Shown: positions 1 through 13,750 of the stretch, piece by piece | How the letters are laid out: every line of letters starts with the position of its first letter | How positions within the stretch are numbered: the stretch's first letter is position 1 | Source: Squalus acanthias | Taxonomy: Eukaryota | NCBI GenBank assembly: GCA_030390025.1 | Contig: JASTWF010000033.1 | Coordinates: 4,342,001-4,406,000, forward strand | DNA length: 64,000 bases | Direction: 5' to 3' | Program-made: the position numbers and the translations under genes | The notes under the pieces: model-generated | Database searches by the model: none | What the model was told of the DNA's origin: nothing | What the model saw: only the letters and a program-made list of their open reading frames with translations

Positions 1-29
1 GCTGCCACCGGTGTGTCATTTGCAATATA

Positions 30-2558
30 ACTATTATGTTGCAAAGTGTTAGTCCATTGTAATTTTCGATTGCATTGCAAATGATAATTATATTGCTGTG
101 ATATTCCATTGCAATGTTCTATTGCATTGCAAATGACTATTATATAGCAACGTGACATTCGATTGCAATATTCTATTGCATTGCAAATGATGATTATATT
201 CCAAATTGATATTCTATTGCAATATGCTATCTCACGACCAATTATGATTCATTTTAAAGCGATATTCAATTACAATGTGATATTGCATTGTAACTGACTA
301 TTATATTGCAAATTTATATTCCGTTGCAATTTGCTATTGCATTGCAAATGACAATTATATTGCAAAGTGATATTCCATTGCATTGTTCTGTTGCATTGCA
401 AATGACGATTATATTGCAAAGCGACATTTCATTCCAATGTGCTATTGCATTATAAATAACTACTATGCTGTTAAGTGATATTACATTGTAATCTTCTAAT
501 GCATTGCAAATGACTATTACTTTGCAAACTAAAATTCCATTGCAAAGTGCTATTGCAATGCAAATGCCTATTATATTGCATAGTGACACATAATTACAAT
601 ATGCTATAGAATTTCAAATGACAATTATATTGCAGTGTGATATTCTATTGCAAAGTGCTATTGCATTGCAAATGACAGTTTATTGCCAAGTTGCATTGTT
701 CTGTTGCCTTGGAAATGACTATTAGATTGGAAAGTGAAATTGCATTGCAATGTCCTATTGCCTTGGAATTGACTATAATATTACAAAGTTATATTCCATT
801 GCAATGTGCTATTTCATTGCAAATGACTATTAAATTGCAAAGCGACATTGCATTACAATGTGCTATTGCATTGTAAATGACGATTGTAATGTAAAGCGAT
901 ATTCCATTGCGATGTGCTATTACATTGCAAATGACGATTCTATTGCAAAGTGATATTCCATTGCAATATGCTATTGCATTGTAAATTGATGTTATATTGC
1001 AAAGTGATATCGCATTGCAATGTCCTAATGAATTGCAAATGACTATTACATTGAAAAGTGATATCACATTGCAATGTTCTCTTGCATTGCAAATTACTAT
1101 TATGTTGCTAAGTGATATTCCATTGCAATGTTCTATTGCCTTGAAATTGACTGTTATATTGCAAAGCGAAATTGCATTACAATGTGCTATTGCTTTGCAA
1201 ATAACGATTTTATTGCAAAGTAATATTCCATTGCAATGTTCTATTGCATTCAGAATGACAATCATTTTACAAAAGCGATATTCCATTGCAATGTGCTATT
1301 ACATTGCAAATGACTATTATATTGCAAAGTGATATCGCATTGCATTGTTCTATTGTCCTGGAAATGACTATTAAATTGCAAAGTGATATTGCATTGTAAT
1401 GTTCTATTGCATTGCAAATGACTATTATATTACAACGAGATATTCCATTGCATTTTGCTATTGCTTAGAAAATGACCACCATATTGCAAGGCGACATTGC
1501 ATTAGAATGTGCTATTGCATTGCAAATGACAATTATATTGCAAAGCGATATTCCATTGCAATGTTCTATTGCATTGCAAATGACGATTATATTGCAAAGG
1601 GATAACACATTGCAATGTTCTATTGCATTGCAAATGACAGTTATACTGCAAAGCGATATTCCATTGCAATGTGCTATTACATTGCAAATTAAAATTATAT
1701 TGCAAACTGAAATTGCATTGCAATGTTCTATTGCATTGCAAATGACGATCATATTGCAAAGCGATATTCTATTGCAATGTGCTATTGCATTGCAAATGAA
1801 TATTTTATTGCAAATTAATATGACATTGCAATGTTTTATTGCATTGCAAGTGATGATTTTATTGCAAAGTGATATTCCATTGCAATATACTATTGCAGTG
1901 CAACTGACAGTCATATTGCATAGTGATATTCCAGTGCAATATGCTATTGCGTTGCAAATGATAATTATATTGGAAATTGATATCGCATTGCAATGTTCTA
2001 TTGCATTGCAAATGACTATTTTATTCCAAATGAATATTCCATTGCAATGTTTTATTGCCTTGGACATGACTATAATATTACAAAGTGATATTCCATTGCA
2101 ATGTGCTATTGCATTGCAAATGACTATTACTTTGCAAAGCGACATTGCATTAGAATGTGCTGTTGCTTTGCAAATGACGATTAAATTGCAAAGTAATATT
2201 CCATTGCAATGTTCTATCGCAGTGCAAATGACAATCATATTGCATAGTGATATTCCATTGCAATGTTCTATTGCATTGCAAATGATGGTTATATTGCAAA
2301 ACGATATTCCATTGCAATGTGCTATTACATTGCAATGACGACTCTATTTCAAACTGATATTCTATTTCAATGTTGTATTGAATTGCAAATGACGATCGTA
2401 TTGCAAATCGATATTCCATTGCAATGTTTTATTGCATTGCAAATGACTATTATTTTGCAAAATTATATTTCACTGCATTGTGCTATTGCATTTTAAATGA
2501 CGTTCATATTGCAAGGTGATATTCCACTGCAATTTGCTATTGCATTGTAAATTACTAT
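30..2558. repeat. Satellite, 54-bp unit built from three diverged 18-bp monomers (TTGCAAAGTGATATTCCA/TTGCAATGTTCTATTGCA/TTGCAAATGACTATTATA)
   Basis: Direct periodicity; 18-aa periodic pseudo-ORFs in several frames. Confidence 0.95.
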
Positions 2559-2662
2559 TGAGGGATCCAGCTAGTTCCCAAAGAATTCTGCGATACCTGG
2601 CTAGGTTTAACCCTCCCAATGAAGGTAACTAAGAAATAACTCACTGAAAGGTTCAGCTTGTT

Positions 2663-4212
2663 ATAAGAACATAAGTACATAAGAAATAACAGCAGGAGTA
2701 GGCCAATTGGCCCCTCGAGCCTGCTCCGCCATTCAATGAGATAGAGTCATAGAGTCATAGAGTTATACAGCACGGATAGAGGCCCTTCGGCCCATCGTGT
2801 CCGCGCCGGCCATCAAGCCCTGTCTAATCTAATCCCATATTCCAGCATTTGATCCGTAGCCTTGTATGCTATGGCATTTCAAGTGCTCATCCAAATGTTT
2901 CTTGAATGTTGTGAGGGTTCCTGCATCCACAACCCTTTCAGACAGTGAGTTCCAGACTCTAACCACCCTCTGGGTGAAAAAGTTATTTCTCAAATCCCTT
3001 CTAAACCTCCCGCCCTTTGCCTTGAATCTTTGCCCCCTTGTTATAGACCCCTCTACTAAGGGAAAAAGCTCCTTAGTATCCATCCTATCTATGCCCCTCA
3101 TAATTTTGTACACCTCAATCATGTCCCCCCTCAGCCTCCTCTGCTCCAAGGAAAACAAACCCAATCTGCCCAGTCTCTCTTCATAGCTGAAGCAATCCAG
3201 CCATGGTAACATTCTGGTGAATCTCCTCTGCACCCTCTCCAAAGCGATCACATCCGTCCTGTAGTGTGGCGACCAGAACTGCACACAGTATTCCAGATGT
3301 GGCCTACCCAGTGTTTTATACAGCTCCATCATAACCTCCTTGCTCTTATATTCTATGCCTTGGCTAATGAATGCAAGTATCCCATATGCCTTTTTACCAC
3401 CTTATCCACCTGTTCCGCCGCCTTCAGGGATCTGTGTACTTGCACACCAAGATCCCTCTGACCCTACGTCTTGCCTAGGGTCTTACCATTCATTGTATAT
3501 TCCCTTGCCTTGTTAATCCCTCCAAAGTGCATCACCTCGCACTTTTCAGGATTAAATTCCATTTGCCACTGCACCGCCCATCTGACCAACCCATCTATAT
3601 CGTCCTGCAGACTGAGGCTACCCTCCTCGCTATTTACAACCCTACCAATTTTCGTATCACCCGCGAACTTACTGATCATACCTTTTACATTCATATCCAA
3701 GTCGTTAATGTAGAACACAAACAGCAAGGGACCCAGCACCGATCCCTGTGGTACCCCACTGGCCACAGGCTTCCAGTCACAAAAACATCCTTCGACCATG
3801 ACCCTCTGCCTTCTGCCACTGAGCCAGTTTTGTATCCAATTTGCCAAGGCACCCTGGATTCCATGGGCTCTTACCTTCTTGACCAGTCTCCTGTGCGGGA
3901 CTTTATCGAAGGCCTTACTGAAATCCATGTATACCACATCCACTGCGTTACCCTCACCCCCTCAAAAAATTCAATCAAATTAGTCAGACATGATCTTCCC
4001 TTGACAAAGCCATGTTGGCTAACCCTGATTAATCCTTGGCTCTCCAAGTGGAGACTGATTTTGTCCCTCAGAATTTTTTCCAATAATTTTCCTACCACTG
4101 TTGGCTGATCTAATCCTAACCGCCAATCTACTATCACAGAACTATCTCCTGAACATAACAGAATTGGACACACGAAATAGGAGCAGGATCAGGCTACACG
4201 GCCCCTGGGCTC
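2663..4212 (-). mobile_element. CR1 3'UTR fragment (about 2663-2742 plus 4101-4212) split by a second CR1
   Basis: Both halves align in order to the CR1 tail at ~19470-19670 (ATAAGAAC repeats, GGCCCCTCGAGCCTGCTCCGCC ... GGAGCAGxATCAGGCTACAC). Confidence 0.8.
2743..4100 (-). mobile_element. 5'-truncated CR1 LINE (RT and C-terminus, degraded)
   Basis: QHGFVKGRSCLTNL, YMDFSKAFDKVPH, GVPQGSVLGP, RPHLEYCVQFWSP; (CATAGAGT)n tail. Confidence 0.95.
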
Positions 4213-5034
4213 AAATAATTCTGGGATACTTGATTATGTTTAACCCTCTCATAAAAAAGGCACTTGTAAGGAATAGCTGTAGATTCAAAGATGGGGCTTA
4301 ATTAAAACGGAGACTGACAACATGCAGCTGGGAACAGATAGCAGGGATGTAAGCGAGGTCGAATATCGAACATCAAAGACCAGTAAAAGTGATAAGGCGA
4401 TCTTAAACTGCAAGGAACAGGCACTTTTGCAGGCTGCAAGGCGTCTCTTCACTAATTAAACTTCGGGATGTGTATCCACAGCGCCTTAGTGGAGTCACTG
4501 TCCAAGCACGATCTGTCCTCCCAGGACATAAGGGTACCAATTATCAAACATGGTACGAGTTCGCTGGACACATGGATCACTGTGGCTTTGTGCTTGTTCG
4601 GCAGCTAAGGTTAAAACCGGTCCTCTCGAACAATAAACTATGCTTATAGCGAGGAAGAGATAACAACAGGAATGTGGAGGTAGGGTTACTCCCAACATCT
4701 GTGTCCAGCATGGGCAGGGGGGGGGGGGGGGTGGAGGGGCACCTGAGTTCAGGGGATGGGCCCAACAGTTGAGTGACGAAACACCGAAACCAATAAAGAG
4801 TAACTGTGGTGACGTAGTTTGTACGTGTACGCCCCCATTCTGTAGTAAGTGGGCATTGCTTATAGAACTGTATATCTTGAATGAACCTCTGTTTTTCCTT
4901 TGTGAGTGCTCCTCAAGCTTGAGGAAGCTGGGTGGCTCTCCTTGTGCGCAAGTCTCTCTTAGTTGTTTTTATAAATTTTGTTCTTGTCCTCAATTCCGTT
5001 TCCATCTAGAGTTTCACCAAATTCGAATCTAACA

Positions 5035-7920
5035 CTATTATATTGCAAAGTAATATTCCATTGCAATGTGTTATTGCATTGCAAATGACTATTACATTGC
5101 AAAGTCATATTACATTGCAATATTATATTGCATTGCAAGTGACTATTATATTGCAAAGTGATATTCCATTGAAATGTTCTACTGCCTTGTAAATGATATT
5201 ATATTGCAAAATTATATTCCATTGCAACGTCCAAAAATGTGCGGGTTAGGTTGATTTGGCTATGATAAATTGACCCTCAGTGTTAGGGGGGGATTAAATA
5301 TGTGGGGTTATGGGGAAAGGATGGGATATGTTAGGGGGAATTAAATACGTGGGGTTACGGGGGTAGGGTGGGATATGTGTACTGTGGGGATTAAAGCAGG
5401 GACAGGGTACTGGATTTGGATGATCAGCCATGATCGTATTGAATGGTGGAGCAGGCTCGACGGGCCGAATGGCCTACTCCTGCTCCTAGATTCTATGTTT
5501 CTATGTTTCTATGTGATATTACATTGTAAATGTCTATTATATTGCAAAGCGATATTCCTTTGCAATGTTCTATTGCATTGCAAATGACTATTATATTGGC
5601 AAAGTGATGTTCCATTGCAATGTACTATTGCACTGCAAATGATGATCATATTGGAAAGCAACATTACATTACAATGTGCTATTGCATTGTAAATTACAGT
5701 TATATTGCAAAGTGCTATTCCATTGCAAAGTGTTATAGCATTGCAAATGAATAATATATTGCAAAGTAATATTCCATTGCAATGTTCCATCGCATTGCAA
5801 ATAATGATTATATTGCAAAGCGTCATTCCATTGCAACGTGCTATTACATTGCAAATGACGATCATATTGAAAAGCGATAATCCATTGCAATGTGCTATTA
5901 CATTGCAAATGACTATTATATTGCCAAGTAATGAGCCATTGCAATGTTTTATTGCATTGCAAGTGACAATTAATTTGCAAAGTGTTATCGCATTGCATTT
6001 TTCTATTGCATTGCAAATGACTATTATATTGCAAAGTGATATTCCATTGAAATGTTCTATTGCCTTGTAATTGACTATAATATGACAAAGTTATAGTCCA
6101 TTGCAATGTGCCATTTCATTGCAAGAGTCTATTATATTGCAAAGCGACATAGCATTACAATGTGCTATTGCTTTGCAAATGACGGTAATCTTGCAAAGTG
6201 ATATTCCGTTGCATGTGCTACTCTATTGCAAATGACTAGTATATTGCAAAGTAATATTTCATTGCAATGTTCTATCGCATTGTAAATGTTGATTATATTG
6301 CCAAGCGATATGCATTTCAATGTTCTATTGCATTGCAAATGACGATTCTTTTGCAAAGTGATATTCCATTGCCATGTGCTATTGCATTGCAAATGACGAT
6401 TATATTGAAAAATATATTCCATTGCAACATGCTATTGCATTGCAAGTGACAATTATATTGCAAAGTGATATTCCATTGCAATGTGCTATTGCATTTCAAA
6501 TGACGATCATATTGCAAAGTGATATTCCATTGCAATATGCTATTGCATTGCAAATGACTGTTATATTGCAAAGTGATATCGCATTGCATTGTTCTATTGC
6601 CTTGGAAATGACTATTAAATTGCAAAGTGATATTGCATTGCAATGTTCTATTGCATTCCAAATGACTATTATATTGCTAAGTGATATTCCATTGGAATGT
6701 GCTATTGCATTGCAAATGCTGATCATATTGCCAAGCGATATTCCATTGCCATATGCTATTGCATTGTAAATGACTATTATATTGCAAAGTGATATCGCAT
6801 TGCAATGTCATATTGCATGGCAAATGACTATTACATTGTAAAGTGATATCACATTGCAATGTTCTATTGCATTGCAAATTACTGTTATATTGCAACGTGA
6901 TATTCCATTGCAATGTTCTATTGCCTTGGAATTGACTATAATATTACAAAGTGATATTCCATTGCAATGTGCTATTTCATTGCAAAAGACTATTATATTG
7001 CAAAGCGACATTTGATTACAATGTGCTATTGCTTTGCAAATAACGATTTTATTGCAAAGTGATATTCCATTGCATGTACTATTGCATTTTAAATGTCTAT
7101 TGTATTGCAAAGTAATCTTCCATTGCAATGTTCTATCGCATTGCAAATGATGATTAAATTGCAGAGCGATATTCCATTGCAATGTTCTGTTGCATTGCAA
7201 ATGACGGTTATATTGCAAAGCGATATTCCATTACACTGTGCTATTACGTTGCAAATGACAATTCTATTGCAAACTACTATTCCATTGCAATGTTCTATTG
7301 CATTGCAAATGACGATCGTTTTGTAAAGCGATATTCATTTGCAATGGTTTATTGCATTGCAAATAACTATCATATTGCAAAGTGATATTCCATTGCAATG
7401 TTGTACTGCATTAGAAATAACTACGATATTGTTCAGTGATTTTCCATTGCAATGTGCTATTGCATTGCAAATAAGTATTATATTGCAATGTGATATTTCA
7501 TTGCAATGTTCTATTGCTTTGCAAATGACTATTATATTGCAAATTCAGAATTTATTGCAATGTGCCATTGCATTGCAAATGATTATTATATTACAATGTT
7601 ATATTTGGTTGTAATGTACTATTGCATTGCAAATAACTGTTACATTACAAAGTGATATTCCATTGCAATATGCAATTGCATTGCAAATGACTATTATATT
7701 GCAAAGTCAGATGCCATTGCAAAGGGAGATTTCACTCCAAAGCACTATTATATTGCAAAGTGATATTCCATAGCAATGTTCCATTCCATTGGAAATGACT
7801 TTTATATTGCAAAGTGCAATTCAATTGCAATGTTCTATTGCATTGCAAATGACTAATATATTGCAAAGTGATATTCAATTGTAATGTTCTATTGCATTGC
7901 TAATGACTGTTATACTGAAA
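5035..7920. repeat. Continuation of the 54-bp satellite
   Basis: Same unit as 30-2558, interrupted at ~5230-5513. Confidence 0.95.
5230..5513 (+). mobile_element. 5'-truncated HE1-like SINE with CR1-derived 3' tail
   Basis: GGGTTAGGTTGATTTGGCTATGATAAATTGACCC core; tail ending (TTCTATGT)n matches CR1 end at ~55920-56040; second copy at 10043. Confidence 0.7.
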
Positions 7921-7924
7921 GAAA

Positions 7925-8085
7925 ATTTAAAGTGGCCATTGTGATTAAGTAGGATTCTTCCGATGACTTTACCTGTGGCAGGCAGCAGGGTAACTCCTCT
8001 GCTATTACCGCAATCGGATTTGTCACCTTTCTTGAAGATGTTCACGATTACGGCGTGGGATAGCAGGATGGTGTCTGGCAGCAAA
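7925..8085 (-). mobile_element. Short RTE-clade LINE fragment
   Basis: KKGDKSDCGNSRGVTLLPATGKVIGRIL, homologous to the element at 11350-13750. Confidence 0.8.
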
Positions 8086-10042
8086 TAAATTTGAACTATG
8101 TCTGTCTGTCTCTGTCTGTCTTTACCTCTCTCTGTCTGTTTCTGTCGCTGTTTGTGACTCTGCCTCTTTATAACAATGTCTCAGTCTGTATTTATATGTC
8201 TACCTGTCTCTTTGTCTGTCTCTCTGTCTCTGTCTGTCTCTGTTTCGCTGTCTAAATCTGGCTCTCAGACTGAGTCTTGTCTGTCTATCTCTGTCTGTCT
8301 GTCTGCATCTTTGTCTGTATCTGTCGGTCTGACCGTCTCTTTCTCTGTGTATGTTGGTCTATCTCTGTCTGGTTGCCTGAGTCTCTCTCTGTCTATTTCC
8401 ATGTCTGTCTCTCACACTTTGGAGCTATTTCTCTTTCTCTCTCTCTATCACTGGTTCTCCAGCTCTGTTGTCTCTCTCAGTCTGAATCTGGCACTGCCTG
8501 TCTGTCTCTACATGTCTGTCCCTGGCTGTCTGTCCATGTCTGCGTGTCTGTTTCTATTGGTCTTTCACTGTCCGTCTTTGACTCTGTCTCTGTCCGTCTG
8601 TGTCCCCGTCTGAATGTGTCTCTGTCTGCCTGTCTTTTTCTCTGAGTTTGATTCCCTGTCTGTGTCTGTCTATCTCGGTGTCTCTCTCTGGCTCTGTCTG
8701 TCTTTGTCATTCAGTTTCAGTTTCTGCCGCTATCTTTGTCTGCTGTGTGCCTGTCTTAGTCTGTATGTCTATCTCTGTGTCTCTCTGTCCGTCTCTGTCA
8801 TTCTTTGTCTCTCTCACTCACTCTCTCTCTCTTTGTGTCAGTTGTTGTTGCTGCCTTTGTCTCTATCCGTCTGCATCCCTTTCTCTTTCTGACTGTCTGT
8901 CTCCCATCTATTTCATTTTCTGTGTCTACCTCTGTCTGGCTGTATCAATCTGAGTCTATTCCTCTGTCTGTCTGTGCTCTGCCTGTCTGAGTTTGTCTGT
9001 CTCTGTCTATCTGTCTGTCTCTGTATGTCTATTTCCATATCTCTGCCTATGTATCTCTCTCTGTCTGGCTCTGCATGTCTTTCTGTCTCTCTCTGTCTGT
9101 CCTTGTTGTTGTCTGACTATCTCAGTCTGTCTGTGTCCCTGTCTGTCTGTGTCTCTGTCTGCCTGTTTGTCTGTCTTCATATTTCTGGCTGTTTGTTGGT
9201 CTCTCTCTGTCCATCTGTGTCTCGTTTTCTGTCTGTCTGTCTCATTCTGTCTACGTTTCTCTGTCTCTCTCTCTGTTCTCTCTCTGTCTCTCTCTCTCTG
9301 TCAGTTTCTGTCGCAGTATGTGTCTCTGCCCGTCTGTGTCAGTATCTCTGTCATTCTGTCTCTATCTGCTTGTTTCTGACCCTGCCTACCTCTGCCTGAT
9401 TCTTTTTCACTCTCTGTCTCTCTGTCTGTCTCTGTTCGTCTGTCTGTATCTGTCTGTCTCTCTGTCTGTCTCTCTGTTTCTCTCTATCTGTCTGGATCTG
9501 TTCGCACATGCCTCTGTCTCTGTCTCTCTCTTTGTCTCTCTCTCTCTCTGGTTCCCTCGCTCTGTTGTCTCTGTCAGTCTGAGCCTGTCCCTGCCTGTCT
9601 GTCTGTCTCTGCATGTCTGTCCCTGGCTGTCTGTCCATGTCTGTCTGTCTCTTTCTGTTGGTCTGCCACTGTACGTCTGCGTCTCTGTTTGTCTATCTCC
9701 CCCTCTCTGTCTCTCGCTGTCCTTCTCTTTCTGGCGCTGTCTGTATTTGTGTCTGTCTCTCTCTGTGTCTCTGTTGCTATCAGTCTGTCTCTGTCTGTCT
9801 ATGCCCCCTTTGGAATGGATCTCTGTCTGCCTGTCTGTATCTGTCTGTCTTTCCCTTCACCTAAATCTGAACTCTGCCTGTGTCTCTGTGTTTGTTTCTC
9901 CGTCTATGTCTGTTTGTCCCAGTCTCTCTGTCGGGCTGCATTTCTCTGTCCCTCTCTCTGGCTGTCTGTCTTTGTCTTTCACTCTGTCTGTTTCTGTCGC
10001 TGTCTTTGACTGCTGTCTGCCTGTGTCAGTCTGTCTGTCTAT

Positions 10043-10324
10043 GTGTGGGTTAGGTTGATTTGGCTATGATAAATTGACCCTTAGTGTTAGGGGGGATTAA
10101 ATATGTGGGGTTATGGGGATAGGATGGGATATGTTAGGGGGAATTAAATACGTGGGGTTACGGGGGTAGGGTGGGATATGTGTACTGTGGGGATTAAAGC
10201 AGGGACAGGGTACTGGATTTGGATGATCAGCCATGATCGTATTGAATGGCGGAGCAGGCTCGACGGGCCGAATGGCCTACTCCTGCTCCTAGATTCTATG
10301 TTTCTATGTTTCTATGTTTCTATG
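10043..10324 (+). mobile_element. Second 5'-truncated HE1-like SINE copy
   Basis: Near-identical to 5230-5513. Confidence 0.7.
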
Positions 10325-11349
10325 TCTATGACTGTCACTATTTCTGTCTATATCTGTCTCCCTCTCTCCCGCTCTCTCTGTCTTTGCCTCTCTCTCTCTC
10401 TGTCAGGTTCTGTTACTTCTGTTTCTCTCTCCATCTGCCTCTCTCTCTCTCTCTGTCTGTCTCTTTCTCTATGTGTACCTCTGTCTGGCTCTGTCACTCT
10501 GAGTCTATTGCTCTTTCTGCCTCTCTATCTCTGTCTGTCTCTGTCTTTCTGTATCTTCCGTTTTCTCTGTATATCTCTCTCTCTGCCAACGTCCGTCTGA
10601 CTATCTCAGTCTGTCTGTCACTGCCTTTCTACATCTCTCTCTTTGTTTGTCTCTATCTGTCTCTATCTCTTTGCCAGTCTCTGTCTCTAAGTTTTTCTCT
10701 CGCTCTCTGTCACTCTGTCTGTATGTCTGTCCGTGACTCTGACTGTGCCTCTCCCTCTGTCTCTGCATATCTCTGTCTGTCGACGTTTCTGTATCCTTCT
10801 GTATGTCACTCTTTCTCCCTCTCTGTCTGTCTGATTTTGTTTGTTGGTTTATCCTGTCTATCACTTTCCGTTTGTGTCTCTGTCTGTCTTTCTGCCTCTT
10901 TGTGTTTCTCTATCTCTGTCTGTCTGAGTCTTCCATTCTCTGGCTGTCCCCATCGCTGTCAATCTGTCTCCGCCTGTCTTTGTCTGTTTCTCTGTCTGTC
11001 TGTCTCTCTGTGTCTCTATCTTGGCCTCATTTTCTGTCTCTGTATATCTCTGTATGTCTCTGCCTCCGTCTCTCTGCTTGTGTCTCTGGCTTTGTCTGTC
11101 TATCTGTCTCTGTCTGTTTTTCTGTCTCTGTCTGAATGTCTGTCGCAGTCTGCCTCAGTCTCCTTCTGCCTCACTATCTGTCACTTTCTTTCAGGCTCAG
11201 TTTTCCACTGTCTCAGTCTTTCTTTGTCTGTCTGTCTCTGTCTCTCGGCCTGTCTCTTTCAGATTGGCTGTCTCTGTCTGTCTGTCTCTGACTGTCTCTA
11301 TTTCTGTCTATCTCTATCGCCCTCTCTCCGGCTCTGTTCTCAGTGTGCC

Positions 11350-13750
11350 TAATCCGCTCTGTCATTTCCATCAATGCCGCAGGAAAATCAATGCTGGAGC
11401 ACACAAAGACCATGCTAAGAATGCCCTATTCAGCCTGCGCCTCACAACCAACCTGGCGACTCCCAGTGAGCCAGAGTCACAGAGTGCCCACATCGCCTGG
11501 TCTGCACTCAAGGCCTCCATAATCAGCACCTGTGAACAGACGCTGATCACTCGACCAGGAAACACCAAGACTGGTTCGACGAGAATGACCAGGAGATCCA
11601 GGAGCTAATAAGCCGGAAGCGCACGGCATTCCTGATCAGGAAACAGCAACAGAACTCGAGAGAAAGAAAGAAGCTCCACAGACGCCTGAAGGCCGAGGTC
11701 CAAAAAAACTCGCGACCTAAAGAACAGATGATGTGTGGAGAAAGCGCAGGAGGTCAGGCAGCTAGCCGCAACCACGACATGCTTGGATTCTTTAGCGCAG
11801 TCAAGACCACCACCGGCCCATTCACCCAAGTTCCTACCCCATTGCGGGTCAAGAACGGAGAGGTACTCATCAAGGACAGAGAGGCAGTCAGTGCCCGCTG
11901 GAAGGAGGACTTCGAAGATCTCATAAACCGAGACTCTGTCTTCAATGCGAGTGTGCGCAAATCCATCCCGCAGCATTCTACCCGCCACCACCTCAGTACA
12001 ACCCCAGCCCGACATGAGGTTGAAAAGGCTATCCGACAACTGAAGAACAACAAGACCTCAGGATCCGATGGAATCCCCGTCGAGGCACTAAAGCATGGCG
12101 AAGAAGCAGTATTGACGCGAATACATGAACTAATTTCGCTTATCTGGAAGGAGGAGAGCATGCCAGGGGATCACAGAGACGCCATAATCTTGACCTTCTT
12201 AAAGAAAGGTGACAAGTCCGATTGCGGTAATTACAGAGGAGTTTCCCTGCTGTCTCCCACAGGGAAAGTCATCGCAAGAATCCTCATCAATTGCCTTCTC
12301 CCAGTGGATGAAGAGCTCCTACCAGAGTTACAACGCGGAATCCGCCCACTAAGGGGCACAATGGACATGATCTTCACCGCATGTCAACTACAATAGAAAT
12401 GCTGGGAACAGCACCAACCTCTGTACATGGCCTTCTTTGACCTCACAAATGCCTTCGACACTGTCAACCGTCAGGGATTACGGAGTGTCCTCCTCAAATT
12501 CGACAGCCCTCAAAAGATTGTCATCATCCTGCGCCTGCTTCACAACGACATGCAAGCCGTGATCCTGACCAACGGATCCACCACAGACCCAATAAACGTA
12601 TGGACCGGTGTCAAGCAAGGCTGTGTCATCGCACCAACGCTCTTCTCGATCTTCCTGGCTGCAATGCTCCATCTCACTCTTAGTAAGCTCCCCGCTGGAG
12701 TGGAGCTAATCTACAGAACAAACGGGAAACTGTTCAACCTCCGTCGCGTCGCCTCCAGTCCAGATCCAAGTTCGTCCCATCCTCTGTCATCGAATTACAG
12801 TATGCAGACGTCGCTTTGTCTGCGCACACTCGGAGTTCGAACTCCAAACCATTCTCAACACCTTCACCGAAGCGTTCGAGAGCATGGGCCTTAAACGAAG
12901 CATCCTTAAGACAAAGGTACTCTACCTACCTGCCCCGACACACGGTACTGCTCCCCGATTAACAAAATCCACGACGAGGCCTTGGATAACGTGGACCACT
13001 TTCCATACCTCGAGAGCCTACTGTCAACAAGGTCAGACGTCGATGACTTGGTCCAACACCGCACTCAGTGTGCCAGTGCAGCCTTCGGTCGCCTGAGGAA
13101 GAGAGGGTTTGAAGAGCAGGACCTCAAACTCAGCACCAAGCTCATGGTCAACAGAGCAGTGGTGATTCCCGCCCTCCTGTATGCTTCAGAGATATGCACC
13201 ATGTACAGCAGGCAACTCAACGCACTGGAGAGGTACCAGCAACGCTGCCTCCGCAAGATCCTGCAAACCCATTGGCAGGATAGGCGCACCAACGTCAATG
13301 TTCCCGCTCAGGCCAACATCCCTAGCATCGAAGCTTTGAGCAGGCTCTAACAGCTCCAATGGACCGGCCACAACATCCACATGCCCGATACGAGACTCCC
13401 TAAACAAGGGCTCTACTCGGAGCTCCGACAAGGTAGGAGAGCCCCAGGTGTGCAGAGGATACACTTCAAGGCCACCTGGGATTACATGGCCGAAGATCGC
13501 TCAAAGTGGAGGTGAAGCATCCCGGAAGGCGCCGAACACATCGATATTCTTCGCCGGGAGTAAGCGGAAGCCAAGCGCAAATAGCGGTAGGAGCGCACGT
13601 CAACCAAAGCACCCTACCCTTCAACCACCGTCTGCCCCTCCTGTGACAGAGACTGCAGGTCCCGCATTGGACTCATCAGTCACCTGAGAACTCATCTTTA
13701 GTGTGGGAGCAAGTCATCCTCGGTTCGAGGGACTGCCTAAGAAGAGAAGA
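11350..13750 (+). mobile_element. RTE-clade LINE, 5'-truncated, with stops/frameshifts
   Basis: KKGDKSDCGNYRGVSLLS, FFDLTNAFDTVNR, TGVKQGCVIAPTLF, QRCLRKIL; ends in (GAAGA)n tail. Confidence 0.92.

Larger units (their letters stand above)
2559..5034 (+). mobile_element. Solo LTR (~0.9 kb once nested CR1s are removed) inserted in the satellite
   Basis: Starts TG (2559), ends CA (5034), flanked by 4-bp direct repeat CTAT (2555-2558, 5035-5038); satellite resumes in phase; orientation tentative. Confidence 0.7.

Noticed and set aside
314..7614. Cys/Ile/Gln-rich periodic ORFs
   Set aside because: Translations of the 54-bp satellite; open in several frames and strands with scattered stops
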